Source: Felis catus
Lineage: Eukaryota
Direction: 5' to 3'
Length of the DNA: 64,000 bases
NCBI RefSeq assembly: GCF_018350175.1
Contig: NC_058368.1
Location: 219,172,001 to 219,236,000 of the forward strand
The notes beneath the pieces were generated by a model. The model had not been told where the DNA came from. It searched no databases and was given only the letters and a program-made list of their open reading frames with translations. Each line of letters begins with the position of its first letter. Positions within the stretch are counted from its first letter, which is position 1. Both the position numbers and the translations under genes were made by a program. This document shows, piece by piece, positions 39,139 through 53,365 of this stretch.

Positions 39139-41185
39139 AATATCTCTCTTTTTCTGACTGATTTATTCTACTTAGCATAAAACCCTCCAGTTCCATCCAT
39201 GTTGTTGCAAATGACAAGACTTCATTCTTTTTCATTGCTGAGTAGTATACCATTGTATATATATACCACATCTTCTTGACCATTCATCATTTGATGGACA
39301 TTTGGGCTCTTTCCATAATTTGACTATTATTGATAGAACTGTTGTACATATTGGGGTACATGTGCCCCTATGAATCAGCAGTCCTGTATCCTTTGGATAA
39401 ATTCCTAGTACTGCTATTGGTGGGTCAGAAGGTAACTTTAATTTTAATATTTTGAGGAACCTCCACACCACAATGTTTTCCACAGTGGCTGCATCAGTTT
39501 GCATTCCCACCAACAGTTGAAGAGGATTCCCCTTTCTCCACATCCTCTCCAACATTTGTTGTTTATTGGGTTGTTAATTTTAGCCACTCTGACCAGTGTG
39601 AATTGGTATACCAATGTGATTTTGATTTGTATTTCCCTGATGATGAATGATGTTGAGCATCTATTCATGTGTCTGTTAGCCATCTGGATGTCTTTGGAAA
39701 AGTGTCTATGCATGTCTTTTGCCCATTTCTTCACTGGATTATTTGTTTCTTGGGTGTTGAATTTGATAAGTTCTTTATAGATTTTGTATTCTAACCCTTT
39801 ATCAGAAATGTCATTTGCAAATATCTTCTCCCATTTCATATGTTGCCTTTTAGTTTTGCTTATTGTGTCCTTTGCTGTGCAGAAATTCTTTTTTATCTTG
39901 ATGAGACCCCAATAGTCCATTTTTGCTTTTGTTTCTCCGGCCTCTGGAGACATGTCAAGTAAGAGTTGCTGTGGCTGAGGTAAAAGAGGTTGTTCTTTGT
40001 TTTCTCCTCTAGGATTTTAATGGCTTCCCATCTTATATTTAGGTCTTTCATCCATTTTGAGTTTATTTCTGTGTATGGTATAAGAAAGTGGCCTGGGTTC
40101 ATGCTTCTACATGTTGCTGTCCAGTTTTCCCAACACCATTTGCTGAAGAGACTCTTTTTTCCATTGGATATTCTTTCCTGCTTTGTCGAAGATCAGTTGG
40201 CCATATGTTTGTGCATCCATTTCTGGATTCTTTGTTCTTTTCCATTGATCTGAGTGCCTATTTTTGTGCCAGTACCATACTGTCTTGATGATTACTGCTT
40301 TGTAATACATCTTGAAGTCTGGAATTGTGGTATCTCCAGCTTTCATTTTCTTTTTTCAGAATTGTTTGGGCTATTCAGGGTCTTTTGTGGTTCCATACAA
40401 ATTTTAGGATTGTTTGTTCTAGCTCTGTTAATGACAGAGAATGGACATTCCTGTCATGTTCCCGATCTCAGGGGAAATCTCTCAGTTTTTCTCCATTGAC
40501 TATGATGTTAGCTGTGGGCCTTTCACAAGTTTTTTATGATTGTTAGAAGGTATGTTTCTTACATTCCAACTTTCTTGAGGGTTTTTATTAAGAAAGGATG
40601 CTGTGTTTTGTCAAAGGCATTTTCTGCCTCTATTGACAGGAACACATGGTTCTTATCCTTTCTTCTATTCGTGGGATATATCTCATTGATTGATTTGTGA
40701 ATATTGAACCAGCCCTAAAGCCCAGGAATGAATCCCACTTGATCATGATGAATAATTCTTTTAACATACTTGAATTCAATTTGCTAGTATCTTGTTGAGA
40801 GTTTTTGCATCCATGTTTATCGGGGATACTGGCCTGTAATTCTCATAATTAGTGGGGTCTTTGTCTGGTTTGGGAACCAAGGTAATGCTAAGAATGAATC
40901 TGGAAGCTTTCCTTCCATTTCTATTTTTTGGAAAATCTGGTGAAGAATAGGTATTAACTCTGCTTTAAACATCTGGTAGAATTTCTCTGGGAAGCCATCT
41001 GGCTCAGGACTCTTATTTGTTGGGAAATTTTTGATAATTGATTCAATTTCTTCACGGATATGGGTCTGTTCAAATTTGTTTTATTTCTTCCTGTTTGAGT
41101 TTTGGTAGTATGTGAGTGTCTAGGAATTTGTCATTTCTTCAAAATTGTCCATTTTGTTAGCATATAAGTTTTCATAGTATTCTTT

Positions 41186-41405
41186 TAAAAACAATTTTTT
41201 TTTTTACATTTTATTTATTTTTGTGAGAGAGACAGAGCACAAGTGGGGGAGGGGCAGAGAGAGAGAGAGACACACAGAATCCGAAGCAGGCTTCAGGCTC
41301 TGAGCTGTCAACATAGAGCCCAATGTGGGGCTTGAACCCATGAACCATGAGATCATGACCTGAGCTGAAGTCAGTTGCTTAACTGACTGAGCCAGCCAGG
41401 CGCCC
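41186..41405 (-). mobile_element. Can-SINE nested in L1 ORF2
   Basis: Perfect 20-bp TSD aagttttcatagtattcttt at 41166-41185 / 41406-41425. Confidence 0.96.
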
Positions 41406-41478
41406 AAGTTTTCATAGTATTCTTTAATAATTGTTTGTGTTTCTGTGGTATTGGTTGTGATGTCTCCTTTTTCATTCG

Positions 41479-41541
41479 ATTTATATTTATATTTATATTT
41501 ATATTTATATTTATATTTATATTTATATTTATATTTATATT
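41479..41541. repeat. (TTTATA)n hexanucleotide microsatellite
   Basis: Directly visible. Confidence 0.95.
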
Positions 41542-44500
41542 CTGTCTTTCTTTTTGAGATGTCTGGCTAAAGGTTTATCAATTTTGTTTATTCTTTAAAA
41601 AAACAGTTCTTAGATTCATTGATCTGTTCTACTCTTTTGTTTTGTTTATGGTTTTGGTTGTTCTTTTTGTTTTTGTTTTTTGTTTGTTTGTTTTGATTCT
41701 ATATTGTTTTTCTGCTCTAATCATTATTATTTATCTTCTTTGCTGGCTTTGGAATTTCTTTGCTGCTGTGTTTCTGGTTTCTTTAGGTGTGAGGTTAGGT
41801 TTTGTATTTGGGAGTTTTCTTGGTTCTTGAGGTAGGCCTGGATCACAATGTGTTTTCTTCTTAGAACTGCCTTTGCTTCATCCCAATGGCCTTGGACAGT
41901 CATGTTTTCATTTTCATTTGCTTCAATATATTTTGAATCTCTTACTTAATTTCTTTGTTGACCCATTCATTCTTTAGTAGGATGTTGTTTAACCTCCATG
42001 TATTTTGAGGCTTTCTAAAGTTTTTCTTAGGGTTGATTTTAAGTTTCATAGCGTTGTCATTTGAAAATATGCATAGTATGATCTCAGTCCTTTTATATTT
42101 GATAAGGAATGTTTTGTGGCCCAGTATATGATCTACTTTGGAGAATGTTCCATATGCACTCAAGAAGAATATGTATTCTGCTGCTTTTGGATGAAAAGTT
42201 CTGAATATATGTTAAGTCCTTCTAGTTCAGTGTATCATTCAAGGCCATTGTTTCCTTACTGATTTTCTTCCTAGATGATCTGTCTATTGTAAATGGAGTA
42301 TTAAAGTCACCTACAATCACAGTATTATTATCAATATGTTTGTTTATGTTTGTGATTAATTGATTTATTTATCTTGGGGCACCAAGTTGGGGGCATAAAC
42401 ATTACAGTTGTTAGCTTCTCTTGATGAATAAACCCCTCAATTATGATATAATGTCCTTCTTCATCTCTTAGTATAGTCTTTGGTTTAAAATCTAGTTTGG
42501 ATACTCCAGATTTCTTTTGACATCCAGTAATTTGAAAGTTAGTTACCCATACCCTCACTTTCAATCTGCAGGTGTCCTCAGGTCTAAAATGTGTCTCTTG
42601 TAGGCAGCATATAGATGGGTCTTGGTTTTTGATCCATTCTGATACCCTATGTCTTTTGATTGTGGCATTTAGTTCATTTACATTATGAGTGATTATTGAA
42701 AGATATGGGTTTTGTGTCTTTATCTCTCCTTCTACACTGAAAGACAGCCTTGTTGGATAAAGAATTCTTGACTGCATATTATTCCTATTCAGTGCATTGA
42801 ATATTTTCTCCTATCCCTTCTGGCCTGCCAAGTTTCAGTGGACAGGTCTGCTGTTACACTTATGTGTCTACCCTTGTAGGTTAAGGCCCATTCGTCCATA
42901 GCTGCTTTCAAAATTCTCTCTTTATCTTTGTATTTTGCCAGTTTCACTATGATATTTCATGGTGTTGACCTGTTTTGCTTGATTTTTAATGGAGTTCTCT
43001 GTATCTCCTGGACTTGGATGTCTGCTTCCTTCCCCAGATTAGGGAAGTTCTCAGCTATAATTAGTTCAAATACAGCTTCTGCCTCTTTCTTTCTCTTCTT
43101 CTTCTGGAACTCCTATGATGTGGATATTATTACATTTCATTGAATCACTTAGGTCTCTAATTCTCACCTCATGGTCTAGTAATTTCCTATCCCTCTTTTT
43201 ATCAGCTTCAACATTTTCCATAATTTTATCTTCCATTTCACCTATTCTCCCCTCTGTTTCTTCCATCCTTGCCTTCACTGCATCTAGTTTATTTTGCATC
43301 TCATTTACAGCCTTTCTTAATTCATCATGACTATTTCCTAGGTCCTTGATCTCTGCAGCAATATATTCTCTGCTGTCTTCTTTGCTTTTTGCAAGCCAAA
43401 CTATTAGTCTTATGACTATTATCCTAAATTCATGTTCAGATATATTGTTTATAACTGTTTTGAGCAATCCTCTGGCTGTAATTTCTTCCTGAAATTTCTT
43501 CTGAGAAGAATTCTTCCATTGCATCACTTTGGCTAGTTTTCTGTCTTTTACATGTTTTAATAGCTTTTTATGTGTCCTGCACCGGTGAGTACTACTATAC
43601 TAAAACGGGATCATACACTGTCCAGGGCCTGGCACTTCAGGAGTTGTTTTTGGAGTGTGTTGCATGCACTCTGTTGCCTCTCTGGTTGCTTTATCTCTGT
43701 GCTCTTAGTGGTGGTTTGGACCTTCCACCAGGTGTGCTTTGATTTATTTGTTGAAGTAACCCTCTGTCCTACCAAGCTTTCTCCATACACCTGTGGAGAG
43801 TTTTCTGTCATTCTGTAGCCTGGATTCCTGGAATTCCAAGTGTTCTGACCTCAATACTGCTGTATTTGAGGGAAAAGGGAAATTCTGGTCCCACTACTTC
43901 TCCACCATCTTGACTCCTCCAGTACAAAAATTTTTAAAAATAGGTATATAGTTTACTTTCAGTTTGCAATGCAAGTTTTCTTTCCTTTGTGTATATATTT
44001 ATTATTGTTATTATTATGAATTATCTAGCAGACTAGTATCACATAATTCCAATATGGAAAATCCCCCCTATCGAAAAAATGTAGCATTTCTTGTCCAATC
44101 TAAATATGTAATTTATATTTAGAGTGTGATTAGTTTCAAATGTCATTAAAGATCTCAGAGACTATTTTAAATAAATAATTCCATCTCTTTGATGTACATA
44201 TTTAATAAAAATAAATAGACATACTTAGGAGGCTTAGAATGATCTTAGTATAGTTATTTGAAGAGGAGTGGGATTTTGCAATATTCACTTGGAGAACTCT
44301 AAGTTTCTACTGTTAGATAACAGAACAACTAATTTGATTTGTGGTTTTTCTCTCCCCCTTCTTTATTTTGTACTCCTTACTTCCCTGTGTCTGTCTTTGT
44401 CTATTATACCCTATCTGTAAGAAATTAGTTTAATAATTTATTTTTTTTCAAATTGGATAACATTTTGGCTGTTTCACAAACTTCCTTCCAAATATGGCAA

Positions 44501-45198
44501 ATATTTTTCTTTAGTTTGAGATCAGACCTTAACCAAACTGGAATTAGAAACTTTAACTCAACTCTTACTAAAGCATGGATATCAAAATAGATTCAGTTTA
44601 AAAACTCTTCTGACTCCTCTGTCAGAAGACAAAGGAAATTTCTTTGTAGAGGTTCTGGAGTCAAAGTCTTAATGTGTAAATGTCTAAAATAAAAGGTTGT
44701 AAATCCTCACCATGCCTCTTACTATTTCCCATCCCCCATCAAGCTCATCATATAACCATGAGCCTTTTTCTGCATCAGAGAACTATGCCAGTGGTTGAAG
44801 AAAATGGAAAAAGTAAAAAGTTGTGCCTGGTCCCAAAAATGCCATTGTTGTTTTTTTCCGTGATGTTTGAAATGTATACTAACTCTATCCTTTTGCTTTT
44901 TCAATTACTACTGGTTTGTCTCTAGCAGGTTTTTACTTGGTTCTCATAATTTAAGCAGTGCAATTCTAATTGTTTCCTAAACTTCTTCCACATCTATTAT
45001 GCTAACATCTCAGCAACATGCTTTACAAAATAACAAAATAGGAAGATAAATTTAGTATCTTTTAGTTTAGAAGATGGAGAATTTCTATACCTAACTGCTC
45101 TAAATCTTTTAGTAGAGACAAAAGGATTTTAAAATTAACCTGTTTGATTCCATTTCTTATCAGGTTCTAATTTGCTAACATTTTTGTCTGCTGACCTT

Positions 45199-45429
45199 AT
45201 TTTATTATTGTTTAATGTTTATTTATTTTTGAGAGAGAGAGAGACAGAGAGAGACAGAGAGACAGAGCATGACCAGGGAGAGGCAGAGAAAGAGGGAGAC
45301 CCAGAATCTGAAGCAGGCTCCGGCTCCAGGCTCTGAGCTGTCTGCACAGAGCCAGACACACAGCTTGAAATCACAAGCTGTGAGATCATGACCTGAGCTG
45401 AAGTTTGGCACTTAACCAACAGGTACCCC
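45199..45429 (-). mobile_element. Can-SINE
   Basis: TSD ctgctgacctt (45188-45198) / ctgttgacctt (45433-45443); head partly deleted. Confidence 0.92.
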
Positions 45430-46099
45430 TCACTGTTGACCTTTAGATAACAATTAGAATATGCAGCAGAATCCTTGGTTTCAGAGTAAAAGGGATTGAC
45501 TATTGCATACACTTTAGGTCTCTCAAAAGCAATAAGTGCAACAAATAAAGTATGCTGTGATAAAGAACCCTATGGAAAGATTCCCAATTTATCTACCCAG
45601 TGTAAGTGAAGTCAAACATGTATGACCAAAGAATTTCATAGAACAAAGTGAAGCGTGGGTTGAAGGTCCCATGCTCAAATTATTGGAACTAATTTTATTT
45701 TAGAGCAATTTGACTTATTAACATTAATCTATTTTGTTTTGTTTTTTAAAGTTGTTCTTTATTGCTGAGTATTTTAAGAGTCCAAGGCAGTAGACATATG
45801 TTAACTTTGACATGTATATTGATATGTCACATCTAGGCAAACTGATATAATAGTGTACCACAAAGTGACAACATGAATTTTGAAATGAATACTAAAGCAC
45901 TTCAAGTTCTGTACCTTAACTGCAAAGTATGCAATTATTCAAATAAACTATGCTTTTATTTAATGAGTGAATATCCATACGTTTCAGTCTTCTCCCTTAT
46001 GTTGGTACTGGGGTTAACATTACCTGTTTTTCAGTTGTATCTTAAACAATGTTTTCCCTGTCAAAAGCAAAGAGACAATAGCAAAGCTAAACAAACAAA

Positions 46100-47760
46100 C
46101 AAAAAAACCAGTCAGCTTCCCTTTCATAAGTAAGGTGGATGCTCTATTGAGTTTCCTCAAGTTCTAGAACCTTATGCTAGATTCCTACTCACAGGTCCTC
46201 TCAGTAGTCTCATGTTATTTCCTATTTAGCAGGGCAGAAACCCTTCATATTTACTCTTCCCCCCCAACCTTATCCACAGTCTCATCTCCAATTTGTCCCC
46301 ATCCCAGAACTATACTACTACCCTTGTTAAAGGAGGTAAATTCACAATCAACAAGTCTACCTTTAGTTCATCCTCACAGGAGATCTAAGAATAATCATCG
46401 ACAATTTGCCAATTTTGTGTTTAAAACGTACTTTCAGTCTCTCTGTCTACTCCCTCTCCACCTCCTTTGACCTCATTCAGGGCTGGCTCTTGTTCATTTT
46501 TTGGATTCTTAAAATAGCTTTCCAAATCAGCCTCAGGCTCTGGAGTCAAGCCACTGTTGAGCCTCAGTTCCACATCTGTGGGATGGGAATAGAAAAATTA
46601 CGGAAAGAATGAGAAAATAAAGAGCCAATTAATAATAGTTCAACCTTTCTGGGTCAAGAGGCAAAAATAAGGATATTACAAAGCTAAATAACTAGAAGAC
46701 ACAGGTGTCTGCCTGCCCTGCAGACGTGGGGGGGGGGGGGGTGGCCCAGGTTGGGACATGTCTTGTGCCCAGCTGACCTCACCTGGAAACATTCTGGGTA
46801 TTAGAATCACAGGTCTGAGGGTGAGATGCAGGAGATCTCATGGTCCTTCTCGCTCTTTGCCCAGGCATATCCTGGCTGCCTCCCAGAGATCCCAGCCTTC
46901 CCTACTTGCCAACTGGCCCATGACATGTTAGTGGCTGACTCCAGGACTGAGATTCCACTGCTTCACACACCTGGCAGCTGCCAACAGTAGATTCTCCAGT
47001 AGGTGGGTGGTAAGAGGGAACAGAGCAGAGGGGACCATCTTGCTTGGTGTCCACAGTGCCATCCCAGAACTGTACAATCACAGCTGCTGGCAGGATTTGA
47101 CCATTGGGCTATTTGCCCAAACAAAGAAAACAAACAAAAAACTATCTCTTGCCTGAGATAGCACATGCAACAGATTTAAGACAGTATCTGGCACACAGTA
47201 GCTTTCAATGAATATTAGCTAATGCTGTTATAAATGACAATAGCACCATCTTAAAAACACTAGTGGCTTTACCAAATAAGTGGAATAGTAGCTAAGTGCT
47301 TAACCTGACTTGCAAAGTTATTGGTGATTTGATTTTGGATTAGACCCTAACCACTGCCACTTCTCCTGTCCATACCATGTAACGTAATGACATTACTACC
47401 AGACCAGTTCCCATGTCTACCTTTCCTCCTCTCTATATATGGGTAAATCTTAATTTTCATGAATCAACTTAAATGTCAGCTCATTGGTGACATCTTCTAC
47501 CTACCTATCAAAAACAGATCCTACTCATTTTCATTTATCTTAGCATCTTGTTTATGTCCTTCTTGATTTTTAAAACATTTACAGTTACTTTATCCAAATG
47601 TTTGCCTCTTTGCTTGCTTGTCTCTTCTACTGGATTTTAAGCCCCATGAGAGTAGGCATCATGAGTGTCTCAATTATCATTATTATTATTATTTTTATCA
47701 TTTTCTCAACCTATAATAATGACCAACAAAGAGTGATGATAAGTATTTCTATATTGTAAA
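46100..47760. mobile_element. Ancient L2/MIR fragments with an interposed GC-richer LTR-like segment (about 46700-47150)
   Basis: MIR-like gagcctcagttccacatctgtgggatggg and acagtatctggcacacagtag; L2-like caacttaaatgtcagctc and taagccccatgagagtagg. Confidence 0.5.
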
Positions 47761-49569
47761 TGAACCAAAAAATAAGCAACTTATACTTGTTTATGAGAAC
47801 CACATTCCTTTCTGTCTATAATGAAAACAATCATGTATTTTTGTCATAATCATATTGATATTTAATTATTTGCGTCATTTGTAAAATAGTGCTCAAATAA
47901 GCATAAACTTTAAATTCTCATCAGTGAACTCACAATTGTATGTAATTACCACAAAATCTTTTTCCTTTCCTATGGTTCCTAAATAATGCATTATTTGTCA
48001 AAGATATTATTAGATTTTGGGGGTTAAAAGGCATTGACAGGTTATTTAATATCAGAATGAATTTTGTGCACAAAGAGGTACCCACAGAACTATTTAATTT
48101 AAAAAATATATTTACTCTTTATAACATTAATTTTTTAAAACTTTATTCACCAGGATTCTAACTATTAACAGATGATTTATATAAATCATAAAGCAAAACT
48201 TAAGATTATAAAATTAATTTTCCACTAAATATTTAAACATTTATTAAAATGTATTCAAATTATTTTTCTAAACATCAAAATAAAATCACAAATCTAGGAA
48301 GTCAAATTACATTGAAAGTTTTAGATATTATAAACTCAGACAAAACCCTTTGATTTATTACAGTCATTACAAAGCCAATTATCACATTTTTATAAAAACT
48401 GGGTTTCAAAATTTTGCTACCCAAAAATAGATTGCTATTTTTTTTAGTATTTGTTTTTCTGTTGCTTTACTGGCACTAGATTAACACCACAGAATTTTTG
48501 TATTTTATTTTCTTTCAAAAGTTTTCTGTGTTTATAACAATTTACTTGGTGCAAAGGGGAAGAAAACTCCATCTCAAACTGGAGAAATTTGTAAGAGCTA
48601 CGTGAGTGACATGGGTTCTTGAATCTAACATGATTCCTAGTTGTCTAGTCATTGGAAAGCCAAACCGAAGCCAGTGATCATTCATCTGTGCCTTCTTTCT
48701 ATTTTAATACTTGAGCTTTCCTGGGTATTGTGTGGAGCTTTAATACCTCCTCTTTCCTAGTGTTTATCTGATTAAACCATATTGGCTTTCTCAGAAATAG
48801 TGGCGTTTTTTTTTGTTTTGTTTTGTTTTCTTAACTTCACCTGGTCGGCGTTATTTGACAAAGTATCTGGGCTCATGATATATTGACCTGGAACACTGAT
48901 GTAATTGAAAACCTACAATAAATCCTATCAGTCTCATTATTAATTGCCATTGCCTAGATTTTTCATCTACCAAGAGATGAAAGATGAGTCTGCTCATTAC
49001 CTGTTAGGGATATATGGCTAATTTGTTGTCTTAAAACATACAATTGAGTACTCTGTGTATAGATTAAATACGTTGAGAATTCTAATATCTTTCTTCATTT
49101 TGTTCTTCCTTCCATAAAACTTAGCTATAATAACATATACACTGAATGGTGATATAAACAAAATTATTTTATTTATCTTGTTTAGTATTTATCTCCCTAT
49201 ATCTAAATAGGACGTGTTGAAACTTTTTTTTTTTCAGTTATGCTCTCTTCAGTTTACTTACTCCAATTGACATGAAAGATGTTCTCATCATTTACCACCC
49301 TCACCACTACCTCACACATTGTTATATCTAAGTAAATGTCAATTATACTTAAGCTGTGTAGCTAGTATAGTATGAGTATCTTTCATTTATGAAACATTTT
49401 TTTCTCAGTTAATAATTGCCTCGCTTATTTGCTTGCTTAATTTTCTGTGTCCTCATTGTTATTCCAATTTCAAACTCTTCCCCGATTGTATCTATATCTT
49501 CTCAGCATGAGGACACACAGCAAAACAATCTATAAATTTCCTCCTAAGTAAAGTGCTTTGAACAATGCC

Positions 49570-50248
49570 TGAAATAGAATAACAGTAAAACATGTCATAT
49601 CCCTACACTGGGATATTTTCAGCCATAAAAAGTAATAAAGTATTTATACATGTTAAAGCAAGGATAAACCTTGAAAACTATGACAGGTGAAAGAAGCCTG
49701 AATGAAAGGTTGTTTGTTGTATGACTCCATTTATATGAAATATCCAGAAGAGGTAAATCTGTCAGAGAGTAGTGGTTTCCATAGGCTGGAAAAGATGGGA
49801 AGAATGGAGAATAACTCCTAAGGGGTATAAAGTTTTTCATTTGTTTGTTTGTTTGTTTCATTTTGTTTTGTTTTGTTTTTCAGTAATAATAAAAAAAATA
49901 TCCTAAGGTTAATTGTAGTGCTGGTTGTGAAACGTTGTGAATATAGTAAGACCCACGCTGGATTTTCCTCGCTAAAAGGATGAATGGTTGGGGCACCTGG
50001 GTGGCTCAGACAGTTAAACATTCAGCTCTTGGTTTTGGCTCAGGTCATGATCTCATGGTTTGGTGCTTTCCAGCCTCACTACAGTCTCTGCTAGCAGTGA
50101 GGTGACTGCTTGGGATCCTCTCTCTCTCTCTCTCTCTCTCCTCTCTGTCCCTCCCCCACTTGCAATGTCTGTATCTCTCAAAAATAAATAAACTTAAAAA
50201 AATGATGAACTGTGGTATATTAATTATATGTCGGTTAAAAAAAAAAAA
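49570..50248 (+). mobile_element. Old L1 3' end containing a SINE
   Basis: ttcagccataaaaag, gtatgactccatttatatgaaatatccagaagaggtaaatc. Confidence 0.75.
49990..50203 (+). mobile_element. Can-SINE
   Basis: ggggcacctgggtggctcag...aaaataaataaacttaaaaa. Confidence 0.92.
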
Positions 50249-50876
50249 GGTGGAGGGGTAGAGAAATTACCATGGACTCCTGGGAAAGGCTAGTGGAGGG
50301 GAAAACTGGCAAAGGAAGCTGGCGTTCTTCTACCTAAAGCCAAAGAACAATTCCAGGAAATGCTCCTGGCTTTTTAACAGATAACCAAGTTTTATTTTGG
50401 CAAAGACAAAATGAAGGAAGATACTTGAATTCTCAACATATTTCTGCTGTGTTTCAATTCTATGTGGTTCATTGTCTGACATTATCTTACATACTCTGAG
50501 CATTCTAATGGAGAATTCAATTTCATCTTCAATGAGTTTAAGTCTAATTAAGGAAGATAAAATTTTCATATAGAAAAAAATGTTAAATTACACCCCCAAA
50601 ATACAAAATAAATAGCAGTGAGAATGATACCCCAACGTGGAAGTTTTCATTCCTGGAAAATTTTATCTCTATAAATATGATTTTTTTTATGATTGTACTT
50701 TTAAAGGGAATGTTATCTGTACTTTCAAAATGTTATTTCCTTATTTTAGTGCTTTCCTTCCTAAACGTTCTATATGTTCCTGCATTCTGTTGTTTTAAGT
50801 ATCTTCACCGTACCAATACATTTATCCCAAAGATGTAATTTTTTCCTCCTGATATAAATCTTTTTTAGTGAATTTT

Positions 50877-50900
50877 GTATTTTTTTTAAGTTTATTTAAT

Positions 50901-50937
<37 letters not shown>

Positions 50938-51099
50938 AAGTGGGGGAGGGGCTGAGAAAGAGGGAGACCAAGAATCTGAAGCAGGCTCCAGGTTCTGAAT
51001 TGTCAGCACAGAGACCAAGTCAGGGCTTGAATCCATGAACTTTGAGATCATTACCTGAGCCGAAGTCTAACACCCAACTAATGAGTCACCAAGGATCCC
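50877..51099 (-). mobile_element. Can-SINE
   Basis: (GA)n body; TSD atcttttttagtgaatttt / atctttttagttaatttt. Confidence 0.92.
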
Positions 51100-53158
51100 A
51101 TCTTTTTAGTTAATTTTCTAAAGGTACTGTTTAGTACTCAATATTTTTCCTTAACTCTGGTTTTTATCTTTTTACCTAATTGGGTTGTCTAATCATTTTT
51201 CTATTTGATTTTTTGTCAGCTTATTTCGTAGTCTCCATAGTTACTATGTGAGTAACTATTTAAGTAGGAGCTGCTCCTTGATTTTTACAATTCTCATTTT
51301 TACTTCCCTGTTTATCTCTTCTCAGAAATGATAGCAGTAGTTTAGTACTAGTATTCCTTTTATTAAAACATACTGCCATATTTGTTTCCACTTTAACATG
51401 TAATGTTTACTTATTTATTACAATTTCAGGTAGGGAACTTGTCTGTCTAAATAACACATCACCCTTGTAATTTATTTTGTTTATATCTAAATAACATTCT
51501 TTGTTGTAGTTGAAATTAACTCCAAAGAAAACATATATTTAGAATCATATTAGTTTGACCGGATTTTAGAAGACAGAATATCAAAATCGGATTATACAAT
51601 AGTCATGCATTTAACATCTTTCTCCTTCAACTGCTTCCTCTAGCATCTTTAAAAACTTCTTAACACATAGTAAGTCTATTTGGATACTTCTAGTCAAAGT
51701 GAAACTTGTTACATTGTCTTATGAGGTAACAGTTAATACTTTCAAAACCTCTATTAAGCATTGTTTTTGTATGTTGAATTAGCTTTCCTCTCCTAACCAC
51801 AAATCTCAGATCTCTCTGTGAACACATCTGTTAATTCCTCTGGTACAAAAAATATCACAAGAAATTCAAAATTTACTTGCCAAAATCAGGTGAGTTTTGT
51901 TTAAACATTCCATATTTTGTGTGCCATTCATGTAGATTAGTTTTGCCCTGGGAGCCCTTTGAAATAAAACAAAAATGATCAATCACACATTGTACTATTG
52001 GGCTGACCAACATAGAATGAGATAAATCTCTTTGTGCACATTACCACAAAACTAGGGGAAAAATAATCCTTATTTCAGAGAGAGAGAGAGAGAAACAAAG
52101 CCATGAAATCAAATAAAAAATATTTACAAAATGTATCATAGTAACTCTTGTATTAATTATAATATATACCACTATTTCATAGACCACAAAGAAAATTTTA
52201 TGCCAATTAAATTATAGCATATATTCTAATATCAGATATGTTAAGATGTCAGGAAACGTGCACATAAGAGTTCATAAAATGTTTTACTTCACATTGTAAA
52301 AATATATTAAACGTTAGTATTTCATCTTTTTCTCTTTGATGTGTTTGCTTAATGGTTGTGCTAAACAGGTGCAGAATCCGTTGTCTGAATAATCTTATTG
52401 TCAGCGAAACATAAGGAGTATTCACTGAGTTTGCAAGTAACAAAGGAAAAGTGATTACTTCTGAGTGAGGTAGGAAAGTAGATCAAAAGAAAGTTTTAAA
52501 CATAGAAAATATTTAACTTGAGAGATAGTAATAGAAAGTCTTTCTAAGGCTGAGGGAACTTGAGCAAAGTCAAGGAGATATGAACAGATTGATGCACACA
52601 GAAAAATACAGATCATTTAGTATCCCTGCAGCAGAAACTCAAAGTGGAATAGTGAGAAAAATAGATTATCTAATAACAGACTGAATGCTGAATTCTCCAA
52701 GCAAATGACTGGGAAGACAAAGCTTAAGGGTTCAGAAATTTTATAGTATTTACCTCAAAATGTCTAAGTGAAAAAGAAAGCATTTAATAAATACCACTTT
52801 TATTTGTACTACTCTTTAAACATGTTTACATGTAATATTATAGAAAATGGTTTTCCCAATAAATGGTTGGAATAAATTTCTCTTTTGGATTAAGAGTTAT
52901 GCAAACACTAATAACTAACCAATTAAAATAATCTCAGAGTCTCACTTGAAATAGCTTTTCGTTCTCTGTTTCTGTAGGAAATCTAATTCATATAATGGCC
53001 CCTTAATTGTGGAAAACTTATAAAAATTAATAATTAAAGAGGAAAAGGTCCAATATCTACATAGAAGGTATGAAATTTGAAGATTAGTATCAGTACAACA
53101 TATTATTGGTGATATGCTATGTTTTATTTGTGTTCCTAGTCAAAAATATTTTTTTCTA

Positions 53159-53365
53159 GGGGCACCTCAGTGGCTCAGTCAGTTAAGCGGCTGACCCTTA
53201 ATCTCAACTCAGGTCATGATCTCACGTTTTGTGAAACTGATCCCTGTATCAAACTCTGCTCTGACAGCATGGAGATTGCTTGAGATTCTCTCTCTCCCTC
53301 TCTCTCTCTCTGCCCCTTTCCCACTCATGCTTTCTCTATCTCCCTCTCAAAATAAATAAACTTAA
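53159..53365 (+). mobile_element. Can-SINE
   Basis: ggggcacctcagtggctcagtcagttaagcgg...aaataaataaacttaa; tttttttcta on both flanks. Confidence 0.92.

Larger units (their letters stand above)
38598..43919 (-). mobile_element. Carnivore L1 retaining 5' and 3' ends, with three large internal deletions
   Basis: 5' end GGAGGAGTCAAGATGG; TSD cagtacaaataattttt (38581-38597) / cagtacaaaaattttt (43920-43935); ORF1 remnant at 43066-43527; endonuclease motif DPSICCLQETHF; ORF2 C-terminal [10 protein letters not shown] and CWRGCGERG. Confidence 0.93.

Noticed and set aside
38933..43527. Active L1 ORF1/ORF2
   Set aside because: Fragmented by stops, frameshifts, SINE insertions and large deletions.
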